Positions 16,886-26,261 of a stretch of 27,879 nt of DNA are shown in pieces. How positions within the stretch are numbered: position 1 is the stretch's first letter; every line of letters starts with the position of its first letter. Source of the DNA: a virus (taxonomy: Duplodnaviria > Caudoviricetes); the IMG/VR virus record IMGVR_UViG_3300017912_002763, positions 1-27,879 of that record, one strand, 5' to 3'. Below the pieces are notes generated by a model. The model was not told where the DNA came from. It saw only the letters and a program-made list of their open reading frames with translations, and did not search any database. Made by a program: the position numbers and the translations under genes.

Positions 16886-17441
16886 AAGATTTCGGTGGTA
16901 GTTGAACGTAAGATGATATCACGTACTTAGGTCCTGATGTAGGTGTGACTCCTCTATGAGGATATAAGAAGTTAGGTGGAAAACAAACGACTGAACCTCT
17001 TTTCGCTGGATTACTGATTATTTCATCACCAATAGCAAATTCTGTTTGTCCGCCTTCTTCGACATCATTTAAATACCAAAACATTACTAATAATCTTTTA
17101 CCTGTTTCAGCTGATGCTGAATCAATATGCCAATTAAAGTACCCATCGTTTGGTTCATACTTTTTTATTCTTGGAGCTTCGTAAGCTAAATCTTGTGGCC
17201 AAAAAGCTTTTGTATAATCTCTATAACTTTCAGCTATCCTTTTGGCTTTGAATAAAAATAGTTCTCTAAATGATTCGAACTTAGGAGATTCGAATATATT
17301 AATTTCATTAAATTTCATGAGAGTATCATTTCTTTGCTCTACATGATTTGGACTTTTATTATATGTATCAATTAAGATTTCACACGCGGTTTCATCTAAA
17401 ACGTCGTCAAATACTACAATATAATCTTCTAATGATTTCAT
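16884..17441 (-). CDS. 2OG-Fe(II) oxygenase (prolyl-4-hydroxylase-like)
   Basis: WHID, WYLNDVEEGGQTEF, FPPNFLYPHRG, KYVI motifs. Confidence 0.9.
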   Translation of the reverse strand: MKSLEDYIVVFDDVLDETACEILIDTYNKSPNHVEQRNDTLMKFNEINIFESPKFESFRELFLFKAKRIAESYRDYTKAFWPQDLAYEAPRIKKYEPNDGYFNWHIDSASAETGKRLLVMFWYLNDVEEGGQTEFAIGDEIISNPAKRGSVVCFPPNFLYPHRGVTPTSGPKYVISSYVQLPPKS

Positions 17442-17449
17442 AATTCTTT

Positions 17450-17481
17450 AAAAAAATGCAGGGTTTTTACACCCCGCATTC
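17450..17481 (-). terminator. Rho-independent terminator
   Basis: Minus strand AATGCGGGG-TGTAAAAA-CCCTGCATT followed by a T run. Confidence 0.75.
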
Positions 17482-17503
17482 ATCACATTATATAGTTTTT
17501 ATG

Positions 17504-17686
17504 TTAAACTTGTGGTTTAACCAAGGTGTAAATACCATAGATGAGACCTACCCATGCTCCCCACCAAACTAAATCTCCTAAAAGAAGTAGTGATAGTGAA
17601 ATAGCAACAAGTAAAGCTCCGTCCCAGGATGTCCTTTCGGAAAATCTGGCTAGTATCCAATCCTTAACTGAACTAAGCATGTTCAT
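17504..17686 (-). CDS. Small two-helix membrane protein
   Basis: AGGAG RBS; ERTSWDGALL followed by hydrophobic segments. Confidence 0.75.
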   Translation of the reverse strand: MNMLSSVKDWILARFSERTSWDGALLVAISLSLLLLGDLVWWGAWVGLIYGIYTLVKPQV

Positions 17687-17695
17687 ACATTTCTC

Positions 17696-19087
17696 CTATA
17701 TTTTAAAGTCGGCAAAGGTATCGGGATTCTCCCTTTCACCAAACTTGTTTATTGGTTTGTCCGGAGTCATGTCATTCATAATATCTGACTGCGCGGACTC
17801 CTCCACATCATATAATTTCATGCGGGAACGATCGATGCCAATAACGAATCTTCGATATTTGGTTGGATCGTTATATCTATTTTTCAATTGCTTTACCATC
17901 ATTTGACCTAACTCATCTAGTTCCTCTGTTGATATCAGAGCAAACATTAAATCAGCTGTCGCTGGTAAACCAAATGATTCAGATGTATCCTCTAGTCCAA
18001 GGTCTGTATTACTATATCCCGCCCTTGTTGTCTGCGTTGCAGAAACTATTGGTACATTGAACTCTACTGCCAAACCACGTAGCTCTTCAGCTATTGCTTT
18101 GACATAACTATAAGTATTTATACTTCCACCTAACCCACGCATACGGCTTGAAGCACAAATATTTAAATAATCTACAAAAACCATATCAGGTTCAAAGTTT
18201 TTCTTTAATTTTAATTCATTTAACAAAGCTCTAAAATGGCCAGTATGTGCTGAGCCAGTTGGATACTCTTTTACAATTAGTTTTCCAATAGAACCTTTTG
18301 CAATCTTTTCAATCTTTTCATTAAACACTTTTTGTGGTAATGAACTCAGTTGCTCTATTGGAATGTTCATTAGATTAGCATCCACTCTCTCGGCAATTCT
18401 TTCTTCAGCCATTTCCATTGTAATATACAAAACGTTCTTACCTTGTTCTAATGCTGATGCTGCCATATGACACATGAATAATGATTTACCTACACCCGTA
18501 CCCGCGAGCGCGATGTTAAGTGTTTTGTTTGGCAAACCGCCTTTTGTAATTTTATTAAAGTAATCTAAATCAAAAGGTATTCTTGATTCTTTGTGGTTAT
18601 AAAAGTCAAACCTTTCATCACTATTATCAATATAATCATGACCTATTTGTTGGTCAAAGGAAACTCCAAGAGCATCAGATAATAATTCAGGTATAGCACC
18701 TTCAGTTCTAATGTCGTCCTTTCCATCGATTATTTGAATTGATTCCATGATAGCATTATATATGGCTTTCTCTTTACACCACTTTTCAGCTTCTTGGATT
18801 AGATATTCTGTATCAATATCAGATTTTTCTCTTATAGCATCTATGAGATGAGAACTATTATTGAGTATATCTTCTGGAGCATTTACTTTTCTCAATTCCA
18901 AATCAAGTACTTTTGATGTTGGTAATCGATTATGCTTTGCAACGAATTGCACAATTAAATCAAAAACATTCTTATGTGAACCTTCAAAATATTCAGGTTT
19001 TAAATAAGGTATAACTCTTCTACAAAAATCTTCGTTATTAAGAAGATGATTCAGTATCTGAGTTGGTAGTTGATTCGTTGTTTCCAA
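17696..19087 (-). CDS. 41: T4 gp41-like replicative DNA helicase
   Basis: Walker A AGTGVGKS, YITMEMAEERIAERVDAN, VDYLNIC, SESFGLPATAD, KQLKNRY. Confidence 0.96.
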   Translation of the reverse strand: METTNQLPTQILNHLLNNEDFCRRVIPYLKPEYFEGSHKNVFDLIVQFVAKHNRLPTSKVLDLELRKVNAPEDILNNSSHLIDAIREKSDIDTEYLIQEAEKWCKEKAIYNAIMESIQIIDGKDDIRTEGAIPELLSDALGVSFDQQIGHDYIDNSDERFDFYNHKESRIPFDLDYFNKITKGGLPNKTLNIALAGTGVGKSLFMCHMAASALEQGKNVLYITMEMAEERIAERVDANLMNIPIEQLSSLPQKVFNEKIEKIAKGSIGKLIVKEYPTGSAHTGHFRALLNELKLKKNFEPDMVFVDYLNICASSRMRGLGGSINTYSYVKAIAEELRGLAVEFNVPIVSATQTTRAGYSNTDLGLEDTSESFGLPATADLMFALISTEELDELGQMMVKQLKNRYNDPTKYRRFVIGIDRSRMKLYDVEESAQSDIMNDMTPDKPINKFGERENPDTFADFKI

Positions 19088-19394
19088 TTCCTATCCTCGC
19101 TATGTTATTTTGTTGACCCCACTCAAGGGAATCCATTATTATATATCTAAGTACATCGCCTAAGTAATTTTTAAACGATTCATCTTCATTTAGTTCATCG
19201 ACTGTATGGTCGGCAGGGTCTAACACTGTATAATTGAATGATAGCTTACCTTGATCGTTTTGAGTATCTTCTTCAAAACTTACTGTACCATAAGTCATAA
19301 TCACATCCTTGTATTTGCCTTTTGCAAATTTAACACCAGTCATCGGGTGATTGGGATTCTCTACAAAGGTGTAGTGTGATTCGTCAATTTTCAT
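19038..19394 (-). CDS. Hypothetical protein at the gp40 position
   Basis: Between uvsX and 41 as T4 gp40 is; function inferred from synteny only. Confidence 0.6.
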   Translation of the reverse strand: MKIDESHYTFVENPNHPMTGVKFAKGKYKDVIMTYGTVSFEEDTQNDQGKLSFNYTVLDPADHTVDELNEDESFKNYLGDVLRYIIMDSLEWGQQNNIARIGIGNNESTTNSDTESSS

Positions 19395-20449
19395 TACTCT
19401 CCCTCTATTTCAATATCAAGGTCAACTTCCAATAATGGCTTATGACCTATAGAGTAATAAGTTCTTACGAACTCTTTGAAATCAGTATCATTTAAGATTG
19501 GGTCCCAGAACTTTTTATTTAAAGTATCTTTTTCTCTTACTTTTGGTTGTACAATCTCACCTGTTTCTTTATCAACTCTTGCGTACCAACCTACGTTTGG
19601 TTTAGTGACATACCCACCAGCAAGAGCAACTTGTAGTAATCCAGAGTATGGTTGTATTCCACCTTCCCATGATACACTTACTGGTATCTTGGATTGCTCT
19701 TTTACAAACCTTGATTTCTCTACTTTAATTACAAAGTTATAACCTGATACTTCAGTACCTGCTTTTACTTGTTGCCTTCCAATAATCCAGATATTATCAG
19801 CTGAGTAATAAATACCTGTACCGCCACCAACAACATCTCTTGGGAATAATCCTATTTCCTTGTATGTATGGTTAACGGCGAGTAAAGGGACGTTCTTCAT
19901 TGTTAAATAAGGAGTGACCATTCTGAACAGTCCCTTTAAGGCCTTCGCTCTCGACATATCCGCAACAGATTTTTCATTGAGCGCATCTTCTAACTCTTTT
20001 TTACTTGCTAAATTACCGATAGAATCTATTACGATAATTACTTTATCTTCTCTATCGATTGCTTCTAATTGATTTACTAAATCAAATTTTAATTGTTCCA
20101 CATCAGTGATTGGTGTATGTAATACTCTACTTGTATCAATTCCAAATGATTCAAAATAATTTTGTGGTGAACCAAACTCAGAATCATAGAATAACATAAC
20201 TGCATCTTCGTACTCGTCCAAATATGCTGCACCCATCAGTAATGCAAACGATGTTTTAAAATGTTTTGATGGACCTGCTAAAACAGTTAGTCCACTTGAT
20301 AATCCACCATCCATATCTCCAGATAAGGCTACGTTCACCATTGGAACGTTAGTCGGTATGACATCTTTATCCTTAAATAGCATTGAATCCGCTAACACAT
20401 CTGTTGTAGATACTCTACTATTCTTTTTTAATTTATCCATTACGCCCAT
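19394..20449 (-). CDS. uvsX: UvsX RecA-like recombinase
   Basis: AGPSKHFKT P-loop, FYDSEFG, IDSIGNLASKKE, GGGTGIYYSAD; start moved to MGVMDK at 20449 (AGGAGG RBS). Confidence 0.96.
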   Translation of the reverse strand: MGVMDKLKKNSRVSTTDVLADSMLFKDKDVIPTNVPMVNVALSGDMDGGLSSGLTVLAGPSKHFKTSFALLMGAAYLDEYEDAVMLFYDSEFGSPQNYFESFGIDTSRVLHTPITDVEQLKFDLVNQLEAIDREDKVIIVIDSIGNLASKKELEDALNEKSVADMSRAKALKGLFRMVTPYLTMKNVPLLAVNHTYKEIGLFPRDVVGGGTGIYYSADNIWIIGRQQVKAGTEVSGYNFVIKVEKSRFVKEQSKIPVSVSWEGGIQPYSGLLQVALAGGYVTKPNVGWYARVDKETGEIVQPKVREKDTLNKKFWDPILNDTDFKEFVRTYYSIGHKPLLEVDLDIEIEGE

Positions 20450-20450
20450 A

Positions 20451-20702
20451 TTAATACCTCCTTTCTGGTCTAAGTTGCATGGCTTTTTCTTTTTTTCTCC
20501 AACGTGCAATTGCTTCCTTTTTTATACGTTGGCGTTTTTGATTAGGCTTTTCGTAATATTCTCTTTTACGAACTTCTTGTACAATGCCAGCCCTTTCGCA
20601 TTGTTTCTTAAATTTTCTCAAAGCAACATCAAATGGCATTGGCTTAGCCGGACGTTTATCTCTGGGATGCCTCTTACGAGGTCTTAAATCTACACTTGGC
20701 AT
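20451..20702 (-). CDS. rpsU: 30S ribosomal protein bS21
   Basis: [31 protein letters not shown], a canonical S21 signature; AGGAG RBS. Confidence 0.93.
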   Translation of the reverse strand: MPSVDLRPRKRHPRDKRPAKPMPFDVALRKFKKQCERAGIVQEVRKREYYEKPNQKRQRIKKEAIARWRKKEKAMQLRPERRY

Positions 20703-20735
20703 ATATTCACTCCTATATTTTTCATAAGTATATCT

Positions 20736-20770
20736 ATTATAACATAAAATCAGTTAATTGTAAACTGTTT
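20736..20770 (-). promoter_or_regulatory. Sigma70-like promoter for rpsU-uvsX-41, inside the 3' end of the MTase-like gene
   Basis: AAACAG-TTTACA(20764-20759)-17 nt-TATAAT(20741-20736). Confidence 0.85.
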
Positions 20771-21933
20771 TTTTCATATTCGTACGTTCTTTTTTTATTG
20801 TCAATAAGCATGTAAGGTGTTTCAATCAAATCTACTTTGTTATCAAAATAAGCTAATAGATTCTCAACCATATCTTCAGCAGTTTTTACTGGTACGTTCT
20901 GACATATATGATTGATTTGATTGCTTACTAAGTTCATGTCTTCTGGTAAATGCATGATTCTCATTGATTCTCTAACTGTTAAGTATCTATCTTCGTATGG
21001 ATGGCATGTTTGTACTGGCAAATGACCTACAAAAGCTCCAATATAATTCTTAGCCCATGTGGTAGTTCTTCTCATAACATTTCCACCAGCCTTTATTTTC
21101 TTATTCATTCTATCTATAATTTTATAGTGCCTTTCATGTCCTTGCTCTTTTAGCCATGGTAAAAGGTTATCATAGGAATCGTTATCTTCAATATAATCAA
21201 AACAATTATTTGAATGTTCTAAAGTATCGTAAAATTCTCTATGGTTTATACCACCATGTAGCTCTTCAAGTATGTATCTATAGAAGGGCAAATCAGATGG
21301 AGTATGTTGATTTGGTAGATAATTCATTGGATCTGCTTCAGATCGAGGCCCAGAGGTGATGACTGATTCAATTCTTTCGTTAGGCCAACGGTTTACATAG
21401 GGTAATAATGGTGCCTGATGCCCTTTAAAAAAGAAATAAAATGTTCTATCTCTGATTTGACTATACCCTTGTACTAATGATTTGGTCTTCAGAAGTACAA
21501 AGGTATAACCATACTGCTCCCCTATTTTTCGTAGTTTCTCTACTACAGGTACACCAGTCTTTTGTGCTAACCTTGGTGCATTCTCTCCCCAAAAAACTCT
21601 TGGTTCTATTTTACCTAAAACATAATGTGCTGTTTCGTACATCCAATTATTTGCTGGTTTATCAGCAGCTGAATGAGTTGATAGTGTGGATAAACCTGCG
21701 CATGGACAAACTGTATTGACCATATCTACTTTCTTTGGTTTATGATTTTTGTTCTCATCTAAATGTATATAATCTCCTTGCCAACCTTTTTGTCTAATGT
21801 AGTTTATATAATGAGAATCGTTTGGTTCAAAATCTGAATATGATAAAACTTCCTCTGGCATTTGACCATTGAGTTTATTCATAACTGCTATGCTTTCACC
21901 ACCTATTAGTGGTACAATACTACTGTATTTCAT
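20737..21933 (-). CDS. DNA cytosine-C5 methyltransferase-like protein with atypical SAM-binding motifs
   Basis: PCAGLS (IV), ENAP (VI), QIRDRTF (VIII), [12 protein letters not shown] (IX); motif I reads VPLIGG and motif X reads ICQNVP. Confidence 0.8.
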   Translation of the reverse strand: MKYSSIVPLIGGESIAVMNKLNGQMPEEVLSYSDFEPNDSHYINYIRQKGWQGDYIHLDENKNHKPKKVDMVNTVCPCAGLSTLSTHSAADKPANNWMYETAHYVLGKIEPRVFWGENAPRLAQKTGVPVVEKLRKIGEQYGYTFVLLKTKSLVQGYSQIRDRTFYFFFKGHQAPLLPYVNRWPNERIESVITSGPRSEADPMNYLPNQHTPSDLPFYRYILEELHGGINHREFYDTLEHSNNCFDYIEDNDSYDNLLPWLKEQGHERHYKIIDRMNKKIKAGGNVMRRTTTWAKNYIGAFVGHLPVQTCHPYEDRYLTVRESMRIMHLPEDMNLVSNQINHICQNVPVKTAEDMVENLLAYFDNKVDLIETPYMLIDNKKRTYEYEKNSLQLTDFML

Positions 21934-23413
21934 TCATCACCTTTGTTAACATTCTTGTTTGTCTTTCCACATCATCGTAATGCAGTGGTATACAAGTTGC
22001 AAGTAATAGTAATCCACCCATAAGTATTTGGTCCTTCGGTAGATTATATTCATCTAACTTTCTTAAAAATAAATCTTTTACGTATTCATTATGTGGAACA
22101 TCAGCAACAATAGCGTTATATCCATAGTAACAATCATGAGCTAACTTAGCCCAGTCATATATGTTATCACCCATTGTTCCATGCCAACTACCATACTTTC
22201 CTCTTGGGTCTAATAATTTAAACTGGTCTGTTTGTTGATTATATAGAATGTTTGCTAAATGTAAATCACCATGCATTCCATTTATTGGTGAAGTATGTAG
22301 ATAAACTTGTTCAGCCATTTCATGTAATTGAGCTACTTTCCAAGCTTCCATTACATTATAGAATTCATGATTTAATCTTTCTTCGGTTTTATCGACCCAC
22401 ATCTTTTTTGAATTCTTACTAAAATCATCAATCAATCCTTCATCTTCAACTGGATTATTAAAATATTTTAACTTAATTCTAAATATTCTATCTATAATAT
22501 AATCCCAATGTGACTCAGGCATATTTTCATATAACATCAAATCACTAAGTAATGTACCACTTTCATATGACATAATTAATTGAGTTGGATGTTTTAATAT
22601 TCTTGGTACGAACATCGATTGCTCATCGTTTAAACATTTATACCAATACTTTTCGTTTTGTAATGTTTCCCTTGAATGTTTATCATGATAATCTGGTAAT
22701 TTTGTAATGGTTCCAAGCTCTGGATTAAATTCCAAATTATTAAATGCTCTTGCTTTTCTATTCAATAGCGATGCACAGGTTTTATAGTATGTTGGCAGAT
22801 CACCTATGTCGTACCATTCTTTAGTAATATATTGGCTAAAGTTTCCATAAAGTTCTAGTGCACCTGATATATCGTATGCCCTACTTTCATTGAAAGCCTG
22901 TTTAGCTCTCATACCTTCGCTAAATGAATATAGGCCAACTAAAGCATTTGCATTTGGTATTGGTTTTTCTGGTTTATTATAATATTTAGTACCATCCCAC
23001 ATACACCAAGCTGATTGATTATCAACTTCTTTTGTTAATAAAAAGTTTGTACCCAATGGCATATCTTTTTCTAATATAATCGCATCACCTAACCATACAA
23101 CAACTGGTTTCAATGGATTGGTCAATGCGTTCATTCCAATCTTAATAGCATCTCTTGGTCCATCAAAAGATGGTTGATTAGCAAACCTTACCTTGGGATG
23201 TTTTACAGCACAATACTCTCGGATATCCGTATACTTTCCATCAACCACGACTATTTCATCAACGCTGCCATTGACTGCCTCTATTATATAATCTAGGCAA
23301 GGTTTACCATTTACACGTACCATAACCTTCGACGTGCCAGAAGATAGAGGTCTTAGTCTTGTTGCTGCTCCTGCAGCAGGGATAACTAAATTGAATCCAT
23401 TTTGTTTGTCCAT
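21920..23413 (-). CDS. Sugar-phosphate nucleotidyltransferase fused to APH/choline-kinase-like domain
   Basis: IPAAGAATRLRP...KVMVRVNGKP, WLGD, WYDIG; C-terminal HGDLHLANIL, LLDPRG, YDWAKL. Confidence 0.85.
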   Translation of the reverse strand: MDKQNGFNLVIPAAGAATRLRPLSSGTSKVMVRVNGKPCLDYIIEAVNGSVDEIVVVDGKYTDIREYCAVKHPKVRFANQPSFDGPRDAIKIGMNALTNPLKPVVVWLGDAIILEKDMPLGTNFLLTKEVDNQSAWCMWDGTKYYNKPEKPIPNANALVGLYSFSEGMRAKQAFNESRAYDISGALELYGNFSQYITKEWYDIGDLPTYYKTCASLLNRKARAFNNLEFNPELGTITKLPDYHDKHSRETLQNEKYWYKCLNDEQSMFVPRILKHPTQLIMSYESGTLLSDLMLYENMPESHWDYIIDRIFRIKLKYFNNPVEDEGLIDDFSKNSKKMWVDKTEERLNHEFYNVMEAWKVAQLHEMAEQVYLHTSPINGMHGDLHLANILYNQQTDQFKLLDPRGKYGSWHGTMGDNIYDWAKLAHDCYYGYNAIVADVPHNEYVKDLFLRKLDEYNLPKDQILMGGLLLLATCIPLHYDDVERQTRMLTKVMNEIQ

Positions 23414-23760
23414 TTAACAAATTCCTCCAAGTTCATTGCTTTATCATCTACGTAATATGTTCCTGAGTAAGGTTTACCCCATACTAATTCATCGTATGGT
23501 ACATCATATCTTTCCAACCAATCGGTTGTTATCTTACCTACATCTTCTATGATTTTCTCAATATCGCCATCATGTGTTAGCATTCTTCTGGCAGTTAATA
23601 AAATAATATGGAACCCTAAATTCTTCAGTACTCTCATACCTTTGATTACCTTATTATTAGGTAGTGCGTTTCCATATTTTTGTTGTGCATCTTGATAGTT
23701 GTGATTTGTAAAACAAATCGTATCATCTATATCGATTACTATTGTCTTTTTCTTATCCAA
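23386..23760 (-). CDS. HAD-family phosphatase (BcbF/EcbF capsule-biosynthesis type)
   Basis: DIDDTIC, LTAR, GKP, YVDDKA motifs; capless 124 aa. Confidence 0.85.
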   Translation of the reverse strand: MDKKKTIVIDIDDTICFTNHNYQDAQQKYGNALPNNKVIKGMRVLKNLGFHIILLTARRMLTHDGDIEKIIEDVGKITTDWLERYDVPYDELVWGKPYSGTYYVDDKAMNLEEFVKWTNKMDSI

Positions 23761-25108
23761 AGAAATCCTCCAAACTAGTTGTATTTAAATCTTTCATCTT
23801 AGTATGTACAATTCTTTTCTTCTTTTCGAAATAACTTAATTGTTGTTCTATGACTTCTTTTGCTCCAAATGCTGGAATGTGATTATTAAAAATATCCATG
23901 AAAGTATCTATAGAAGTTATTCCAAAGCATTTTTCAAGTAATTGAGTCACTGTCATTTTGTCTGTTTGCTTTCCAACTGTCTCTATATGTTTTAACATAG
24001 GTGGTATTACATTAGACGCATCAGCTTCCTGATAGAGGAACTCAATACCGTCCGCCAAATAATTGGCATATAACATTTCATTATTTGCTAACTCATGAAT
24101 TCTATCTCTTGTTTCTTCTAGATTATTTCTATCTGACCAAATGGCAATATCATTCTTTATAAATGCTCTACCTTTTTCATCGATATTATTTTCACCATAA
24201 TCTTTATCAAATACTGGAACTGTACCTACAGCAATTATTTCCATTTGAGCATATTCAAACCTATCACCATAGTTGTGTCTTTCCTTTGGAAGGTTATAAC
24301 CACTATAACCAAACAATGAGTTTGATATTAGGTTCATACCATCTTCATATTCATAAGGACCAAAGCTTTCACATATATCGCTATCATAATTATAACCATC
24401 AAACTTATCTGTCCAGTTAGTGATATCAATAATATCAAACTTAGCACCAATAGACCTTTCAATACCATGAATTGAATAATGGAAATCTTTATCTAAGTTA
24501 AACATTTCAACCATTCTTTTTGGGTCCTTCATAGTTGTCCAACGACTTGCGTATATACAACTTCTTCTTTTATCTTTAAATGGAACCCAATACTTCTCGT
24601 AATCAGAAACAGTAAATGGTAATTTCATACGAGCAATCCTTTCGCCAAGTTTCTTATCGGTCAGAATACTTGATATATCTTTTGCGTAAGATGTTTCTGT
24701 TGAGAAGTTAAATATAATATCACATGCATTTGCAATAGGTATGTGCATTGGTATTCTATCAAAGTTCATTCTTTTAATCTCATGCATCATACCAACAAGA
24801 ATCGGTTTCTCTATTTTAAGAACTAAATCTTCAAAGAAGCTTTTAACTGTTGATTGTTTATGTAATGGACTTGGATAAGAATTAAGCATAACAATATCAT
24901 AATTGTCATTTAACTTTTTAGCTACCTCTGGTATTTCTTCAGCTTTGAATGAGATGGAATCTTTTATATGTCCACCTGAGCGAGTAAATCCACGTTCTTG
25001 TAAATCATATATGTCCACATCATCAGGCATATATCTTTGGAATTCATATCCAAACTTTTCTACTCCGCAGCCATCTAGGCCTTTTCCAAATACTATTGCA
25101 ATTTTCAT
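23753..25108 (-). CDS. agt: DNA alpha-glucosyltransferase-like (T4 AGT family)
   Basis: GKGLDGCGVEKF (T4 ARGLEGCGVTKF), RWTTMK, GIERS, EYAQMEIIAVGTVPVF. Confidence 0.88.
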   Translation of the reverse strand: MKIAIVFGKGLDGCGVEKFGYEFQRYMPDDVDIYDLQERGFTRSGGHIKDSISFKAEEIPEVAKKLNDNYDIVMLNSYPSPLHKQSTVKSFFEDLVLKIEKPILVGMMHEIKRMNFDRIPMHIPIANACDIIFNFSTETSYAKDISSILTDKKLGERIARMKLPFTVSDYEKYWVPFKDKRRSCIYASRWTTMKDPKRMVEMFNLDKDFHYSIHGIERSIGAKFDIIDITNWTDKFDGYNYDSDICESFGPYEYEDGMNLISNSLFGYSGYNLPKERHNYGDRFEYAQMEIIAVGTVPVFDKDYGENNIDEKGRAFIKNDIAIWSDRNNLEETRDRIHELANNEMLYANYLADGIEFLYQEADASNVIPPMLKHIETVGKQTDKMTVTQLLEKCFGITSIDTFMDIFNNHIPAFGAKEVIEQQLSYFEKKKRIVHTKMKDLNTTSLEDFFG

Positions 25109-25118
25109 AATTAGTTAT

Positions 25119-25153
25119 ATTATATCATAAAATCAGTGATTTGTACACTGTTT
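25119..25153 (-). promoter_or_regulatory. Sigma70-like promoter for the agt operon, inside the 3' end of the upstream GT gene
   Basis: AAACAG-TGTACA(25147-25142)-17 nt-TATAAT(25124-25119). Confidence 0.75.
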
Positions 25154-25971
25154 TTTTCTAAATCTTTCACGTGCTTAGGTACACCTTTTGGTATAACCTT
25201 TAGGTTGATTTTTCTATTGTGTGTTTTGTCTTTAAGATTGACAAGTGTAATGTGTCTTGGATATAGTTTATGTAAGTCATAAGCAGCTTGTTGCATCACG
25301 TCTGCCTTACGTGCGGACGCGTTACCACCTTCTTTTTCTTTTCCAATAATTAGTTGCCATTTAGTAATAAAGAAATTATTATATCCTTTTTCAATAGCTC
25401 CACAAAATGCTGCTATATCTTCGTAGTATCTTACTTTAGTATAACCTAAATCATCAGCTGTAAGTTTTTCTAAATTAATAAAAGAACTAAATGCACCCCA
25501 ACGATTTAATCCTATAGGAAATATATCTTTACCTTTTGGAAATGTTGCAGTTGCGATTACACCAAATGGCATATCTTCAAGTAATCCAATTGAGTAATTA
25601 ATTAAATCATAGAACGATTCTTCTGATAGTTTCTTCTCTTTAATTACATAATCCTTTTCTTCTGTAATATGACAAGGTACTATCTTTATATCATCATCCA
25701 TCATCCAAATCTTTTGGTTCTCAAACATCCAATGCCTACATATAGCATCTCTTTTTTCTGGTATACCCGAATATTTTGGCACATCAATAGGAACTAAATT
25801 TACACCTGGATAATCAACTGTAATTTTTTTATAACGTTCCATTTCAGATACTTCTCTTCTAATACAAACGTAAACTCTTTTGTAAAAACTTTCAGGAATC
25901 CATCCATTTTCCAATGCATCTATTTTACCATCAGGTCTTTTATATGTTGGTATAACTATTTTCATAACCAA
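25120..25971 (-). CDS. Beta-glucosyl-HMC-alpha-glucosyltransferase-like GT-A enzyme
   Basis: IVIPTYKR, IWMMDDD, KLTADDLGYTKVRYYED, GG.ASAR; collinear with the T2/T6-type enzyme as I recall it. Confidence 0.8.
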   Translation of the reverse strand: MVMKIVIPTYKRPDGKIDALENGWIPESFYKRVYVCIRREVSEMERYKKITVDYPGVNLVPIDVPKYSGIPEKRDAICRHWMFENQKIWMMDDDIKIVPCHITEEKDYVIKEKKLSEESFYDLINYSIGLLEDMPFGVIATATFPKGKDIFPIGLNRWGAFSSFINLEKLTADDLGYTKVRYYEDIAAFCGAIEKGYNNFFITKWQLIIGKEKEGGNASARKADVMQQAAYDLHKLYPRHITLVNLKDKTHNRKINLKVIPKGVPKHVKDLEKNSVQITDFMI

Positions 25972-26261
25972 AGGTACTCAATTAAATTTCTAATTAACAA
26001 TACTAATCCTATTCCGTTTAACATAATCAGTGCTCTATCTCTCCAAATAACTGATACGATTAACCATAAGAATATTCCAATAATTGATAACACTAAATCA
26101 TAAAATTGAAACTCTGCTATTCCTCTCATTGACATAGCAGCAAGTACGAATGCTGATGCTATCCATTTTACATACCAATCAACTGTATATTTTGGAGTTG
26201 CACTTTTATATATACGTTTAGAATTTTCTATTTCTTCTGGACTAAACTTCTGTGAAGTCAT
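25962..26261 (-). CDS. Small multi-TM membrane protein
   Basis: Three hydrophobic helices; WYVKW and WRDRALIMLN motifs. Confidence 0.75.
   Translation of the reverse strand: MTSQKFSPEEIENSKRIYKSATPKYTVDWYVKWIASAFVLAAMSMRGIAEFQFYDLVLSIIGIFLWLIVSVIWRDRALIMLNGIGLVLLIRNLIEYLWL

Noticed and set aside
16884-17441. 2OG-Fe(II) oxygenase as a TET/JBP partner of the MTase
   Set aside because: Motifs fit the common prolyl-hydroxylase-like class, and it is separated from the island by the replication genes and a terminator.
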